Shown here: piece by piece, positions 29,531 to 38,304 of the stretch | Layout of the letters: each line of letters opens with the position of its first letter | How positions within the stretch are numbered: position 1 is the first letter of the stretch | DNA from: a bacterium | GTDB lineage: Bacteria > Patescibacteriota > Microgenomatia > UBA8517 | Assembly: GCA_030583725.1 (NCBI GenBank) | Contig: CP129472.1 | Span: forward strand, 593,902 to 657,901 | Reading direction: 5' to 3' | Length of the DNA stretch: 64,000 nucleotides | Position numbers and translations under genes: made by a program | The notes under the pieces: model-generated | The model's input: the letters and a program-made list of their open reading frames with translations, nothing else | Told to the model about the DNA's origin: nothing | Databases searched by the model: none

Positions 29531-29544
29531 CATAAATTATCTAA

Positions 29545-29736
29545 ATGAACAATAGATTGAAAGAATTAGAAGAAAAAAAACTAAAATATCAATTCAAACT
29601 TGATGGGATGTATAAAAACTTCAGGGGAGTAAAACATGAGAACTCACTTTCTGAACTTAGATATTCTGAAATAAAAGTATATGAAGATTTATTGAACTCA
29701 GTAGTTGAAGAACTTAAAACTTTGGAAAATAAATAA
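29545..29736 (+). CDS. small coiled-coil protein
   Basis: 63-aa ORF. Confidence 0.25.
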   Translation: MNNRLKELEEKKLKYQFKLDGMYKNFRGVKHENSLSELRYSEIKVYEDLLNSVVEELKTLENK

Positions 29737-29743
29737 ATTCTAT

Positions 29744-30751
29744 TTAGGATAATTCCTTTATCAACTCTTTTGTAATTTCTCTAGTTCTACCTACTATATG
29801 TTTAGCAATGGGTTTTTTGATATCAACACTTAGGGCATCAAGGTTTAGTCCAGCAGCAGCTCTTTCTAGAAGTGCATATTTTAATAATATTTTGTCTTCA
29901 GCTACCCCCTCAATTTTTTTGAGCCATATCTGTCTTTGTGCCTCAACTGCATCGGGTTCAATTTCACCAACACCGGCTAGGTCATACATAAACCAATGAT
30001 ATGCAAAAATAAGATCGTAATAAGGTGTACGCCATGACCAATATAAGTTGGATAATACAACTATCTGATTATTAACTTTAAATAAATCTCGTGCCGAGAA
30101 ATGACCATGCATGAATTCTAGTACAAGCCATTTGGGGTTTTTAGTTAATACCTCAACTGCCTTTCTAACTAATTTTTCATCTCCATTATGTCTAAGTGGG
30201 TGGTGGGGAAATATCTTTTTACTAGTTTCTATCCACTGGTCAAATCTTTGTTTTAAAGCTTTACCTACAGGAATATCCGGCTTTTCTAGCCATGGACTAT
30301 TTCGACACTTTGCACGATATTCTTTGTGGTATTTGAAAAAATCATCAATAGCAATTTCATTAGTTGGTGGGGAGATGACAAGGTTAGTACCTACATCTTC
30401 TAAAACAAACGCTTCATATCCCTTTTCTTCATCCCAAGGAAAGTTTGCATAAACTTTTGGAGGTCTTACCACCTTACTTTTATTTTGTTTTGCAAATTCT
30501 TCAACCATAAAAACTTCACTAGTTGTTGGCTTAACACCCTGAATTTTTAGTATGGCTAAGTTATTTCTAAAAGTCCCTTTTATATGAAATGCTCCGACTC
30601 CAGTTGATTTGCTCCACCAAGAGCTAGTGCTCAGTAATTTATCAGGGGCAAAACCACTTTTTTTGGAGACCTCATCCACTATTTGGGGGATTCTTTTTTT
30701 AAGATCGACACCGCTAAAAATACCTTTCCAAACCTCATTTTGCTTGGCCAT
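29744..30751 (-). CDS. kinase-like fold protein (aminoglycoside phosphotransferase/CotS-like?)
   Basis: HGHFSARDLF segment resembles the HGD catalytic loop of APH-family kinases. Weak evidence. Confidence 0.3.
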   Translation of the reverse strand: MAKQNEVWKGIFSGVDLKKRIPQIVDEVSKKSGFAPDKLLSTSSWWSKSTGVGAFHIKGTFRNNLAILKIQGVKPTTSEVFMVEEFAKQNKSKVVRPPKVYANFPWDEEKGYEAFVLEDVGTNLVISPPTNEIAIDDFFKYHKEYRAKCRNSPWLEKPDIPVGKALKQRFDQWIETSKKIFPHHPLRHNGDEKLVRKAVEVLTKNPKWLVLEFMHGHFSARDLFKVNNQIVVLSNLYWSWRTPYYDLIFAYHWFMYDLAGVGEIEPDAVEAQRQIWLKKIEGVAEDKILLKYALLERAAAGLNLDALSVDIKKPIAKHIVGRTREITKELIKELS

Positions 30752-30775
30752 ACCAATAATTTTAACACAATAAAA

Positions 30776-31639
30776 TTAAAGCTCGATTAAGGTTTGTTTT
30801 TTACCAGACTCATTAATATTTGCGAGTTTCAAATATCTTTCTGTGGTTGATAGTCTTTTGTGTCCTGATACTTGAGAAATTAAAATTAAGTCAACTCCAT
30901 TTTTGATGTTTTCCACAATGAAAGTAGTTCTTAAGTCGTTTACAGAATACTTTGGTAGCTCTGCTTTTTGAATAAACCTATCAACAGTTGCTCTGATGTT
31001 TCTGACAGCTAGAGGTTTACCTGTTTTACTTATAAACACATAATCTGAATCTACTTTTGGCCTATCTACAAGATACTTATTTAAAGCATCTTTTGCAGGT
31101 TTATTTAAAGGAATAACTCTTTCTGGTTGGGTTGCATATCCCTCAATTTTTAAAGTTTCTTCTTTTAAATCATCTGTTTTTATATTTGCAACTTCAGAGA
31201 TTCTCAAACCGGCCTGCAAAATGAGCTCAATCATGGCTGAAATTCTTGAATCAGTTTTAACTACGTCACGAAGAGCTCTGTATTCAAGCGGAGTTAAAAA
31301 CTTAGGCATAGATGATTCCACTTTAGGGTGGGTTACACTTTTTGAAATATCTTCTACTAGGTAGTTGCTTTCAACCATCCACCTAAAGAAAGTTTTAACA
31401 GCATTTAATTTTCTAGATACAGATTTAGGTGTAAATTTTTGTGCCAAAAGTGCATCTCTAAAAATATCCAAATCCTTAGACTTAACTTTACTGGGCTCGG
31501 AAATATTATTCTTTGTTAAAAATTCCAATAACTGATCAAGGTCTGATCTGTAGGCTAAAGTTGTAGCCGGAGATCTACCTTTTTCGTGTAAACTTGATAT
31601 AAATTTGGGTAGTAAACTTTTAATACTTTCTTGTGTCAT
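30776..31639 (-). CDS. tyrosine recombinase (XerC/XerD-like)
   Basis: 287 aa. C-terminal catalytic region has R...HKRLSTTERYLK (His and Tyr) and an N-terminal SAM-like domain. Confidence 0.8.
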   Translation of the reverse strand: MTQESIKSLLPKFISSLHEKGRSPATTLAYRSDLDQLLEFLTKNNISEPSKVKSKDLDIFRDALLAQKFTPKSVSRKLNAVKTFFRWMVESNYLVEDISKSVTHPKVESSMPKFLTPLEYRALRDVVKTDSRISAMIELILQAGLRISEVANIKTDDLKEETLKIEGYATQPERVIPLNKPAKDALNKYLVDRPKVDSDYVFISKTGKPLAVRNIRATVDRFIQKAELPKYSVNDLRTTFIVENIKNGVDLILISQVSGHKRLSTTERYLKLANINESGKKQTLIEL

Positions 31640-31666
31640 AATTAACCTTACTGGGGGTATTATACA

Positions 31667-32035
31667 TTGAACAAAAAAATAGTCAATATTATGGGGTTAG
31701 CAGCACCGGTTGTAATTATGATCGTTTTAGCCTCATCTTTTGTAAAAAGTTATAGAAAAGTCAAGCTCGGAGATGAATTGGTCGAAAAAACAAAAGTTAA
31801 GTTAGAAAAAATGGAAATTGAAAATGAAAAATTGGCAGAACAACTCCAAATTACCAGAAGTGATGAATATAGGGAAAAACAATTTAGAGATAAAATGGGC
31901 CTTGCCAAAGAGGGGGAGATAATAGTGGTTTTACCCCCACAGGACGAACTTAAAAGGCTTGTGCCAGACCCACCTGATGAGTTTGAGCCCAAAATAAAGA
32001 CTAATTGGCAAAAATGGCTGGATTTGTTTAAGTAA
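31667..32035 (+). CDS. septum formation initiator FtsB/DivIC family
   Basis: N-terminal TM helix, a coiled coil, and the conserved REKQFRDKMGLAKEGEIIVV tail. Confidence 0.6.
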   Translation: MNKKIVNIMGLAAPVVIMIVLASSFVKSYRKVKLGDELVEKTKVKLEKMEIENEKLAEQLQITRSDEYREKQFRDKMGLAKEGEIIVVLPPQDELKRLVPDPPDEFEPKIKTNWQKWLDLFK

Positions 32036-32051
32036 GTCACTTATTTTTTGT

Positions 32052-32125
32052 GTGCCAGCGACTGGATTCGAACCAGTGACCTGTCGCTTATGAAACGACC
32101 GCTACTAACCACTGAGCTACGCTGG
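32052..32125 (-). tRNA. tRNA with CAT anticodon (Met or Ile2)
   Basis: Reverse complement reads GCCAGCG-TA-GCTCAGTGGTTAGTAGC-G-GTCGT-TTCATAA-GCGAC-AGGTC-ACTGG-TTCGAAT-CCAGT-CGCTGGC-A. CCA is not encoded. Confidence 0.8.
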
Positions 32126-32372
32126 CCTGAAGTTGTATTGTACCAAAATTTGAGTCAGTATTCAGCTTTGTGTTACAATAGCTTTGTTCTTGAAATTTAA
32201 AAAATAATTTCATATGTGCGGGGTAGTGTACAGTGCACGCGAGGCTTGAGAAATTGGGCCACATTAAAAGAAATTTTAAATGTGAAACTTGGCTATATCG
32301 GGGAACGCCTAAAAATTTAGGTCAATCCCGAGGGAAGTTGAAATAACCCCCTAGAGACTACACGCCGAGCCC

Positions 32373-34178
32373 TCAGAGATGAGGTGAAGATATAGTCCGA
32401 CACTCTAAGTAATTAGAGATTACAGATCGCATAATCTCGCAGGCTGGGCGCAACTCCCAGCCCCGCAACAAGAAGGGAATTGAGGAAAACTTTTCCTCCA
32501 AAAGAGCCTGATTTTCGGGCTCTTTTTTGGGTTCAACCGCCTTTGCGATGATAGGTGCTATTTTTTTCATCTCCTTAATCTTAATGAGATACTTTGGGGC
32601 GTCAAATTGGACTTTTCTATCGTGCAAAGTTAGGTGCAACCCTAAACCTGTAAAAATATCCCGTTTAATTTTTAGGTCATCTCCTGCAAATCTTTCTTTG
32701 GCTCTTGAGGCAAATGTAAAGGCCTTCTCAGTTTGGTCGTTGGCCTGAATCATCCTACCGTCTGTGTCTACCAACTGCTTTTCAAGCCCCTTTAGTTCAA
32801 TTTCAAGCTTCGTTTTCTTGTTTTTATATTCTTCATCACTTAATACCTCTCCGTTTTTATTCATTGGCGATATTTTTAAATGAAGAAGATTGTCCAATTG
32901 TATTCTGATATTGTCGTGCGTACTTTTAATGTTTTTAATAGTATCTTCTCTAAAATCTCTCTCTGTTGTATTTTCTTTTAAAATTTGCTTAATTGCCCAA
33001 TTCATAAAGGCTGGCGAAATATCAATATCTGTTAAAAAATCATCTATTTGTTCCTCAAGTTTTTTAAGGGTTACAGATTTCTCCCCACATTGAGGATTTT
33101 TCTTTTTTCCACACCTGTAATAGGTATAGTGAAGCATTTTAGGGTCGGCCATATTGTGAATCAAAGTCCCGCAATGGATACATTTATCCTTATTCTTCTT
33201 AGTAATTGAAAACTTTTCTTTACAATTTGAGCATATACATTGCCATTTTTCCTCTCCGACTATGGAGGAATCACAAGAGGCACAATGTACAAGGCTTCCT
33301 GTATAAGCAAATTGATGTCCTTGAAGTTTATATTGACTACGTCTACCTAGTTTAATTTGAATCTCGTTAAAGGTACTTTCTGATACCATAGCCTCATATT
33401 CTCCCTTGTACCACACACCGCTTTTGAGTGGATATTCAAACTTGCCACAGTAAAAAGGGTTTGAAAGAATACGGTAAATCATACTTATAGAAAGCGGTTT
33501 ACCACCGCTTCTTTTCTTTGGTCTTGTTCTAAAACCCCAATCGTCTTTGGCAAGCCTATGGATTTCATTTACAGGCGTACCATTTTGAAACAACTCAAAT
33601 ATCCGTTTAACTGGCTCAAACCTTTCAGAATCAACTAAGATACGCCTGTTGCCACTTTCTGTTGTCTTATCGTTCAAATAGCCTTGCGGAGCAACTCCTG
33701 GCCTGAAGCCACCTCTACATTTCTTCACGAGTCCTCTTGTAACAGCAATTGATTTGTCATCACTATCTTTTTTGGATATGCTGAATTCGAGACTGAGCAT
33801 AAACTTGTCCTCTGGTGTGTTGTGATATGCTCTGCTTGGCGTTTTTATTTCAACCAACTTATTTCTATCTATTAAATCAATTATTTTCCCACCATCAACC
33901 ATATTTCGGGCTAGTCTATTTAAGTGCCAAGTTAGAATTGCGTTAGCCTCTCCAGCCTCTAGTTTGTTAATCATCACTTCAAACAGTTCACGACCTTTTT
34001 CGTGTGCTGATTTTGATTCTTGAAGTACTTCTATAATGTTTAAATTGTACCTAGTTTTTACGCCTTCAATTATAAAAACTTGGTCATCTAGGCTTGCCAC
34101 CTGTCTGTCTCTGTTATCCTCCGAACTCTTACGGACATAGCCTATGTATTTAAGATTGCTTAGCTGATTTTCTTCCAT
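32373..34178 (-). CDS. large serine recombinase (resolvase-domain integrase)
   Basis: N-terminal YVRKSSEDNRDRQVASLDDQ resolvase catalytic motif (the Ser lies in RKSS). Large C-terminal recombinase and zinc-ribbon region with multiple CxxC. The ORF 3' end reads across the left 18-bp repeat. Confidence 0.85.
   Translation of the reverse strand: MEENQLSNLKYIGYVRKSSEDNRDRQVASLDDQVFIIEGVKTRYNLNIIEVLQESKSAHEKGRELFEVMINKLEAGEANAILTWHLNRLARNMVDGGKIIDLIDRNKLVEIKTPSRAYHNTPEDKFMLSLEFSISKKDSDDKSIAVTRGLVKKCRGGFRPGVAPQGYLNDKTTESGNRRILVDSERFEPVKRIFELFQNGTPVNEIHRLAKDDWGFRTRPKKRSGGKPLSISMIYRILSNPFYCGKFEYPLKSGVWYKGEYEAMVSESTFNEIQIKLGRRSQYKLQGHQFAYTGSLVHCASCDSSIVGEEKWQCICSNCKEKFSITKKNKDKCIHCGTLIHNMADPKMLHYTYYRCGKKKNPQCGEKSVTLKKLEEQIDDFLTDIDISPAFMNWAIKQILKENTTERDFREDTIKNIKSTHDNIRIQLDNLLHLKISPMNKNGEVLSDEEYKNKKTKLEIELKGLEKQLVDTDGRMIQANDQTEKAFTFASRAKERFAGDDLKIKRDIFTGLGLHLTLHDRKVQFDAPKYLIKIKEMKKIAPIIAKAVEPKKEPENQALLEEKFSSIPFLLRGWELRPACEIMRSVISNYLECRTISSPHL
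32452..32469. repeat. left copy of 18-bp direct repeat (putative att core)
   Basis: Exact match to 38305-38322. GC-rich in an AT-rich background. Confidence 0.7.
32503..32528 (+). terminator. rho-independent terminator
   Basis: AGAGCC-TGATTTTCG-GGCTCT followed by a TTTTTT run. Confidence 0.6.
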
Positions 34179-34280
34179 ATTTTAAAATTCAAAAGGCCAT
34201 CCAAGTTGTACTCAATCAGAATCGCTTCAGATTGTCTTAGATGGCCATTAAAATAGCGATTCCTAAAGATTGAGTACCCT

Positions 34281-34469
34281 TTAATTTTGTATCTGATTGT
34301 TTATGTTGTCAATAGTCTTTGAGTAAGGCAAATTTTGTCCATATACGGCTTTTACTAGACCAATAAGGCTAGAGCTATAACCTAAAGCTTGTTCATCTGT
34401 TAGTGAAACTCCAAATTCTTTAAAATAGAGTTTCTTAAATTCTTCTAAGGCTTCGGATTGTAATGTCAT
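34281..34469 (-). CDS. small hypothetical protein (element cargo)
   Basis: 62-aa ORF, one of a run of overlapping minus-strand small genes. Confidence 0.3.
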   Translation of the reverse strand: MTLQSEALEEFKKLYFKEFGVSLTDEQALGYSSSLIGLVKAVYGQNLPYSKTIDNINNQIQN

Positions 34470-34690
34470 TCCTCCTCCCTAAAGGCTTCAAAAGCCTGAA
34501 ACAATTCTTGTTTGTTGTTATAAATTCCTTCATTTTTAAGACCATCGCTATAAGTAAATTTCAAGTACACAGAAATATCGTTATTTTGGAATTTTATCGT
34601 GCGTAAGTTATTTAAAAAACGTCTGGAAAGATGAGTGGAGCACTTATCCATCGTTTTGTTATTTTTAGTTACTTTGTAAAAATAATTCAT
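34466..34690 (-). CDS. small hypothetical protein (element cargo)
   Basis: 74 aa, overlaps its neighbours by 4 bp. Confidence 0.3.
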   Translation of the reverse strand: MNYFYKVTKNNKTMDKCSTHLSRRFLNNLRTIKFQNNDISVYLKFTYSDGLKNEGIYNNKQELFQAFEAFREEE

Positions 34691-35175
34691 ATCTGCATTT
34701 TCTTTTTAAGTTCTGCTATTTTCTTACCAAGTTCATCTCCACTCATAATTTTTGTTAGTTCTTGTGTTTCATTATCAGATTTCTTAATCTCAATATTATT
34801 TTTATATTTACTTTGATATTTAGTGGGTTCACTACTGACCCAAACCTTGGGTTTATCTGTAGTCCAAGTTGGGCTTCTAAGTGACCCAGATAGCCTCAAT
34901 TTCCTTCGTTCTCTTTGTTTGCTCTTGTTGGTTAGGAGATAACCCATCGAAGTTGCCTCATCAATTGCTTTACTGGCTGTATTTTTGCCGATACCCAAGT
35001 CACCAGCCATCTTTCTTTCTGAAACACACCACCCTTCGTCATCTGAGCGATAAAGAAACAGATTAAAGATAACCGCCTTTGTATTTGTCGAGATACTAGG
35101 ATTTCTCCAAAGACCTTTCCAATTTTTGAAAAATAATTTCCACTTTTCTTTTTGTTTAATATCTATTTCTTTCAT
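34687..35175 (-). CDS. phage-like winged-helix DNA-binding protein
   Basis: wHTH-like segment VSERKMAGDLGIGKNTASKAIDEATSMGYL and a basic C-terminus. Confidence 0.35.
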   Translation of the reverse strand: MKEIDIKQKEKWKLFFKNWKGLWRNPSISTNTKAVIFNLFLYRSDDEGWCVSERKMAGDLGIGKNTASKAIDEATSMGYLLTNKSKQRERRKLRLSGSLRSPTWTTDKPKVWVSSEPTKYQSKYKNNIEIKKSDNETQELTKIMSGDELGKKIAELKKKMQI

Positions 35176-35425
35176 ATTTATTTTTATCCTTCATCTCGAA
35201 AACCCTATCTCTGTAGGTTTCAACAGCGTCTAATAAGTCTTTTGGTTGAACAGGTGGGGCAGTTTTACTTATAAATGCGTTTGCTAGACTTATACATTTG
35301 TCTTCAGGAGAGAATTGGAAGTAAAGTGTGTATCCTTCTTCAGATGTACCCAAGAAAGATACCTCTGACTGTGTCAGAAGAAATGGAGCAATTTGTTTAT
35401 CCTTTGTCTTATAGATATTATTCAT
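35156..35425 (-). CDS. small hypothetical protein (element cargo)
   Basis: 89-aa ORF. Confidence 0.3.
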   Translation of the reverse strand: MNNIYKTKDKQIAPFLLTQSEVSFLGTSEEGYTLYFQFSPEDKCISLANAFISKTAPPVQPKDLLDAVETYRDRVFEMKDKNKYERNRY

Positions 35426-35443
35426 AATTCATATTTAAAGCAC

Positions 35444-35476
35444 AAAAAAAGACAGGGGTTTATATTTCCCTCTGTC
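35444..35476 (-). terminator. rho-independent terminator (minus strand)
   Basis: Hairpin GACAGGGG...CCCTCTGTC. An A7 run on the plus strand gives a U-run after the hairpin on the minus strand. Confidence 0.5.
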
Positions 35477-35702
35477 TGTACGTTGTCGCTTAGACTATCG
35501 GTAGGTAGTGCTCAAATCTTTACCTAAACTATCTTATTCCTAACAGAACCCTTTAGTTGAATCAAGTGTCTAAAACTATATCAATCTATATCAATTGAAT
35601 TTTGATATTGTGGCTAATTATTTTAATTTCCTATTTGACCAACTTTATTAAAATTACATTATTTTTATTTTATTTTCTTTGAGGCTGGTTAGGTTCAATC
35701 AT

Positions 35703-36251
35703 TTACCATCGTACGTCCTCTGGTAGATTTGGGTACATATCTTGTGTAGATTTTTCTGTACAAACCAGTTCTAGCTTATCATCAACTATTTTGTAATATT
35801 CCCTTGTTTGCTCCGCATATACTGGCTCTAAGACTAAGTAGCTACCTTCATTAAGCAAAATGTAGCTAGGATTAGCTGGTCTATAAGCGATAACCTTCCC
35901 AGTTTCTACATTTGTGACAGCGAATGACGCACAGTCAGTGCCACAGCCCAAAATGGCCAAGCTGTAACGCTCAGCAAAGTTTACCCCCCTTTCTGCTGTT
36001 TCTGTAATTCTTGTATAATGCCTCTTTGCCTCTGGGAGGTCTGAAAAATCAATAGGTTTGGGAACGCCATTATATTCGTCAACATCACTATTAGAGGCTT
36101 CTAATTCTTTTTGGCAAGTACTTTGAATATCTTGGATTGTGTCTTGGCTCTCTCCCTTATCCTTAACTGACCAAAACAAATAGATAGCTAAAAGAATATA
36201 TGGAACTAACAGAATGTAAAAAAGGAGTTTGTAAATATTAAATTTATTCAC
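35703..36251 (-). CDS. exported hypothetical protein
   Basis: N-terminal TM/signal segment and several Cys. Confidence 0.35.
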   Translation of the reverse strand: MNKFNIYKLLFYILLVPYILLAIYLFWSVKDKGESQDTIQDIQSTCQKELEASNSDVDEYNGVPKPIDFSDLPEAKRHYTRITETAERGVNFAERYSLAILGCGTDCASFAVTNVETGKVIAYRPANPSYILLNEGSYLVLEPVYAEQTREYYKIVDDKLELVCTEKSTQDMYPNLPEDVRW

Positions 36252-36469
36252 TTTGTATATTTAAAACCATAAAGTACCCAACTACAGTAATTATAAGGTT
36301 TTTCAAGGCCAGATGGTTTAAACCAAAACGTGCTTTTGGCTTTTTCTTTTTCCACTTCACTATAGAAATTTTTACAACGAGAAATCTCTTGCTGTCTAAG
36401 TATCAAAAATAAAGTAATTAATAAACCAAAAATTAAAATCTTTAGTAATGACTTTTGAAATTTGGTCAT
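36248..36469 (-). CDS. small membrane protein
   Basis: 73 aa with one TM helix. Overlaps the downstream gene by 4 bp. Confidence 0.3.
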   Translation of the reverse strand: MTKFQKSLLKILIFGLLITLFLILRQQEISRCKNFYSEVEKEKAKSTFWFKPSGLEKPYNYCSWVLYGFKYTK

Positions 36470-36574
36470 AACTTATGGTAACTCCTTGTTACTCCATTTT
36501 CAAGTTTACTTACGAGGCTAAATAGTAACAATGTGTGGGTTTAGTTTGAATCTACTTCTTGATAACTTCATTTA

Positions 36575-36787
36575 ATGATAACCAAGAAAGATTTGAAATT
36601 AGCCAAAACTATTAAGAAATATAGAAAAATAGCAGATTTAACCCAACAAGAATTGGGAGATAAGGTTGGGGTTACACAAAAATATATCCAATATCTAGAG
36701 TCTGCAAACAGAACACCAAGCCTAAAAGTGTTACGCAAAATTGCCCAATCACTAAATATAAAATCCTCAGATTTGAACCTTCTTTAA
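36575..36787 (+). CDS. XRE-family helix-turn-helix transcriptional regulator
   Basis: LTQQELGDKVGVTQKYIQYLESANRTPSLKVLRKIAQSL is a canonical HTH_3 segment. Confidence 0.75.
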   Translation: MITKKDLKLAKTIKKYRKIADLTQQELGDKVGVTQKYIQYLESANRTPSLKVLRKIAQSLNIKSSDLNLL

Positions 36788-37046
36788 AATACATCCTATA
36801 ATCTTGACAAATGGCTATTTCAGTGATATAGTGTTTTTAGAAATTTAGAGAAATCACAGGTTCATTTGCACCTAGCCATTTCTCTTTTTTTATTTAGTAT
36901 CTTGTACTTTAAAATTGCGAAAAGTTGATTCTCTTTTGAACCTTGAGTGGGTAGCTCCTTGGGTATTAGTTTAATTACTCGTACCTAAAGAGCTAACCCA
37001 TTCGGGATAGTGAACTAAAAAATCATTAATTCAAAGGAGATATGAA

Positions 37047-37367
37047 ATGACACAACAGAAACCCCGTAAGGAAGATGGTCTCGACCTGTTTATGCGTGCA
37101 CTTGGCACCAACGACGGCGGACGCGCGATTATGGACCAAGAATTGGCTGGCCAGCAATCGTTCGTTTCAAGCACCACCCTTCCGACCGACCTGCGCGGAA
37201 AAGAAATTCTCGAGGCCGCTGGCGTCAAGTTCCTCGGAGTCGTCGATGACGATGACATTTTCCAGTACGTGGAACTGCCAGAGGGATGGAAGAAGGTTCC
37301 GACAGACCATTCTATGTGGTCAAATCTCGTTGATGGCGCTGGTCGCATCTGGGCAAATTTTCTATAA
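37047..37367 (+). CDS. hypothetical protein in a GC-rich (foreign-composition) segment
   Basis: Strong RBS AAAGGAGAT. GC content is far above its surroundings. The overlapping ORFs on other frames (37075-37425, 37031-37399) are probably GC artefacts. Confidence 0.4.
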   Translation: MTQQKPRKEDGLDLFMRALGTNDGGRAIMDQELAGQQSFVSSTTLPTDLRGKEILEAAGVKFLGVVDDDDIFQYVELPEGWKKVPTDHSMWSNLVDGAGRIWANFL

Positions 37368-37644
37368 GGCCGCCTTTTACGACCGCAGTGCTCACGCAAG
37401 TGCCAGCAAGCCCGAAAACGAATAGGTCAACACCCGCAATAAAGAAATACAAGATTAGCCCGACGCTGACTATAAAGGAGGATTTTCTCTCTTTTAAAAA
37501 TCAATAGTGTCGGGCTTTTCTTTGCCTAAAATTATTTTTTAAAATTTTTGAATTAATGAATGTGAATCTATATCAAAAGTAATCGACAATACATAATACA
37601 TAAAGTTTCTTGAGTTCTATACCCCCCTTTGTTACGGAAAATTT

Positions 37645-38241
37645 GTGCACGAAGTGATAAAATATGGAAAGAAATCAATAACAATGACGTCGGATATTAA
37701 AAATAAAGTTTTGCCAGCCTATAAGGAGTTAAAAGGCCTTCTTGCACAAGCTCCTCAAACTGAGAAAATACCAAATATCCATCAACCTGAGTTGTGGAAC
37801 AGAACAAACAGTTTAATCACAGAGCTTGTTCAAATAACAGACAATAATAGATTTGACGAATATAAATTAAACACTAAATTTGGATATAATCACGAGCCGT
37901 ATGTCCCAACTGATACATACAGAGGTATGTTAAATGCTTTGATTATGAGATTACAGGGAGAATATTCACTTGAACCGCAAGACCCTTTTGGAGGTAGTCC
38001 ATCTACGATATTAAACCAAACTCAAACTCAAAATACTAATGTTCAAATTCTTGTACAACTTGGTATGGATTTACAACAAGCTATGAGTAAGACAGAGAAT
38101 GATAATGAAAAATCATTTATTGAAAAGATTAAAGAAAAAATCGGAGAGATAAAAAGCTATGTTGAGTTTGCTAATTTAATTGTTTCTCTAGCAATTCAGT
38201 CTGGAATAACACTTGAGAGATTAAAAACACTATTTTCTTAA
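37645..38241 (+). CDS. hypothetical protein (element cargo)
   Basis: 198 aa, no family recognised. The track start codon is non-ATG. Confidence 0.35.
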   Translation: MHEVIKYGKKSITMTSDIKNKVLPAYKELKGLLAQAPQTEKIPNIHQPELWNRTNSLITELVQITDNNRFDEYKLNTKFGYNHEPYVPTDTYRGMLNALIMRLQGEYSLEPQDPFGGSPSTILNQTQTQNTNVQILVQLGMDLQQAMSKTENDNEKSFIEKIKEKIGEIKSYVEFANLIVSLAIQSGITLERLKTLFS

Positions 38242-38304
38242 GCCCATTACCTTAAGTCAGGTATGAATATAGGCTCAGATAGGCCTAAAAAGTAATTTCT
38301 GATT

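Larger units (their letters stand above)
32190..32528 (+). ncRNA. candidate plus-strand structured RNA ending in an intrinsic terminator
   Basis: GC-enriched segment after a TTGAAA -35-like box. Begins GCGGGG and carries stems GGCTGGG/CCCAGCC and GAGGAA/TTCCTC. Ends at the terminator hairpin, which sits inside the 3' end of a minus-strand ORF. Confidence 0.3.

Noticed and set aside
30776-31639. Tyrosine recombinase as the integrase of an island in tRNA-Met
   Set aside because: No repeat of the tRNA-Met 3' end was found to its left. The gene is Xer-sized (287 aa) and sits next to ftsB, so a chromosomal Xer recombinase is at least as likely.
32190-32528. tmRNA (ssrA) as the identity of the structured region beside the integration site
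   Set aside because: No tag reading frame ending in a hydrophobic Ala-Ala stop was found. The putative T-loop CGCAACT lacks the TTC consensus. The length, about 310 nt, is short. It is kept only as a generic candidate ncRNA.
37031-37425. Extra ORFs (37031-37399 minus, 37075-37425 plus) overlapping the GC-rich ORF
   Set aside because: Open frames on all strands are expected in a high-GC patch. Only the frame with a strong RBS is kept.
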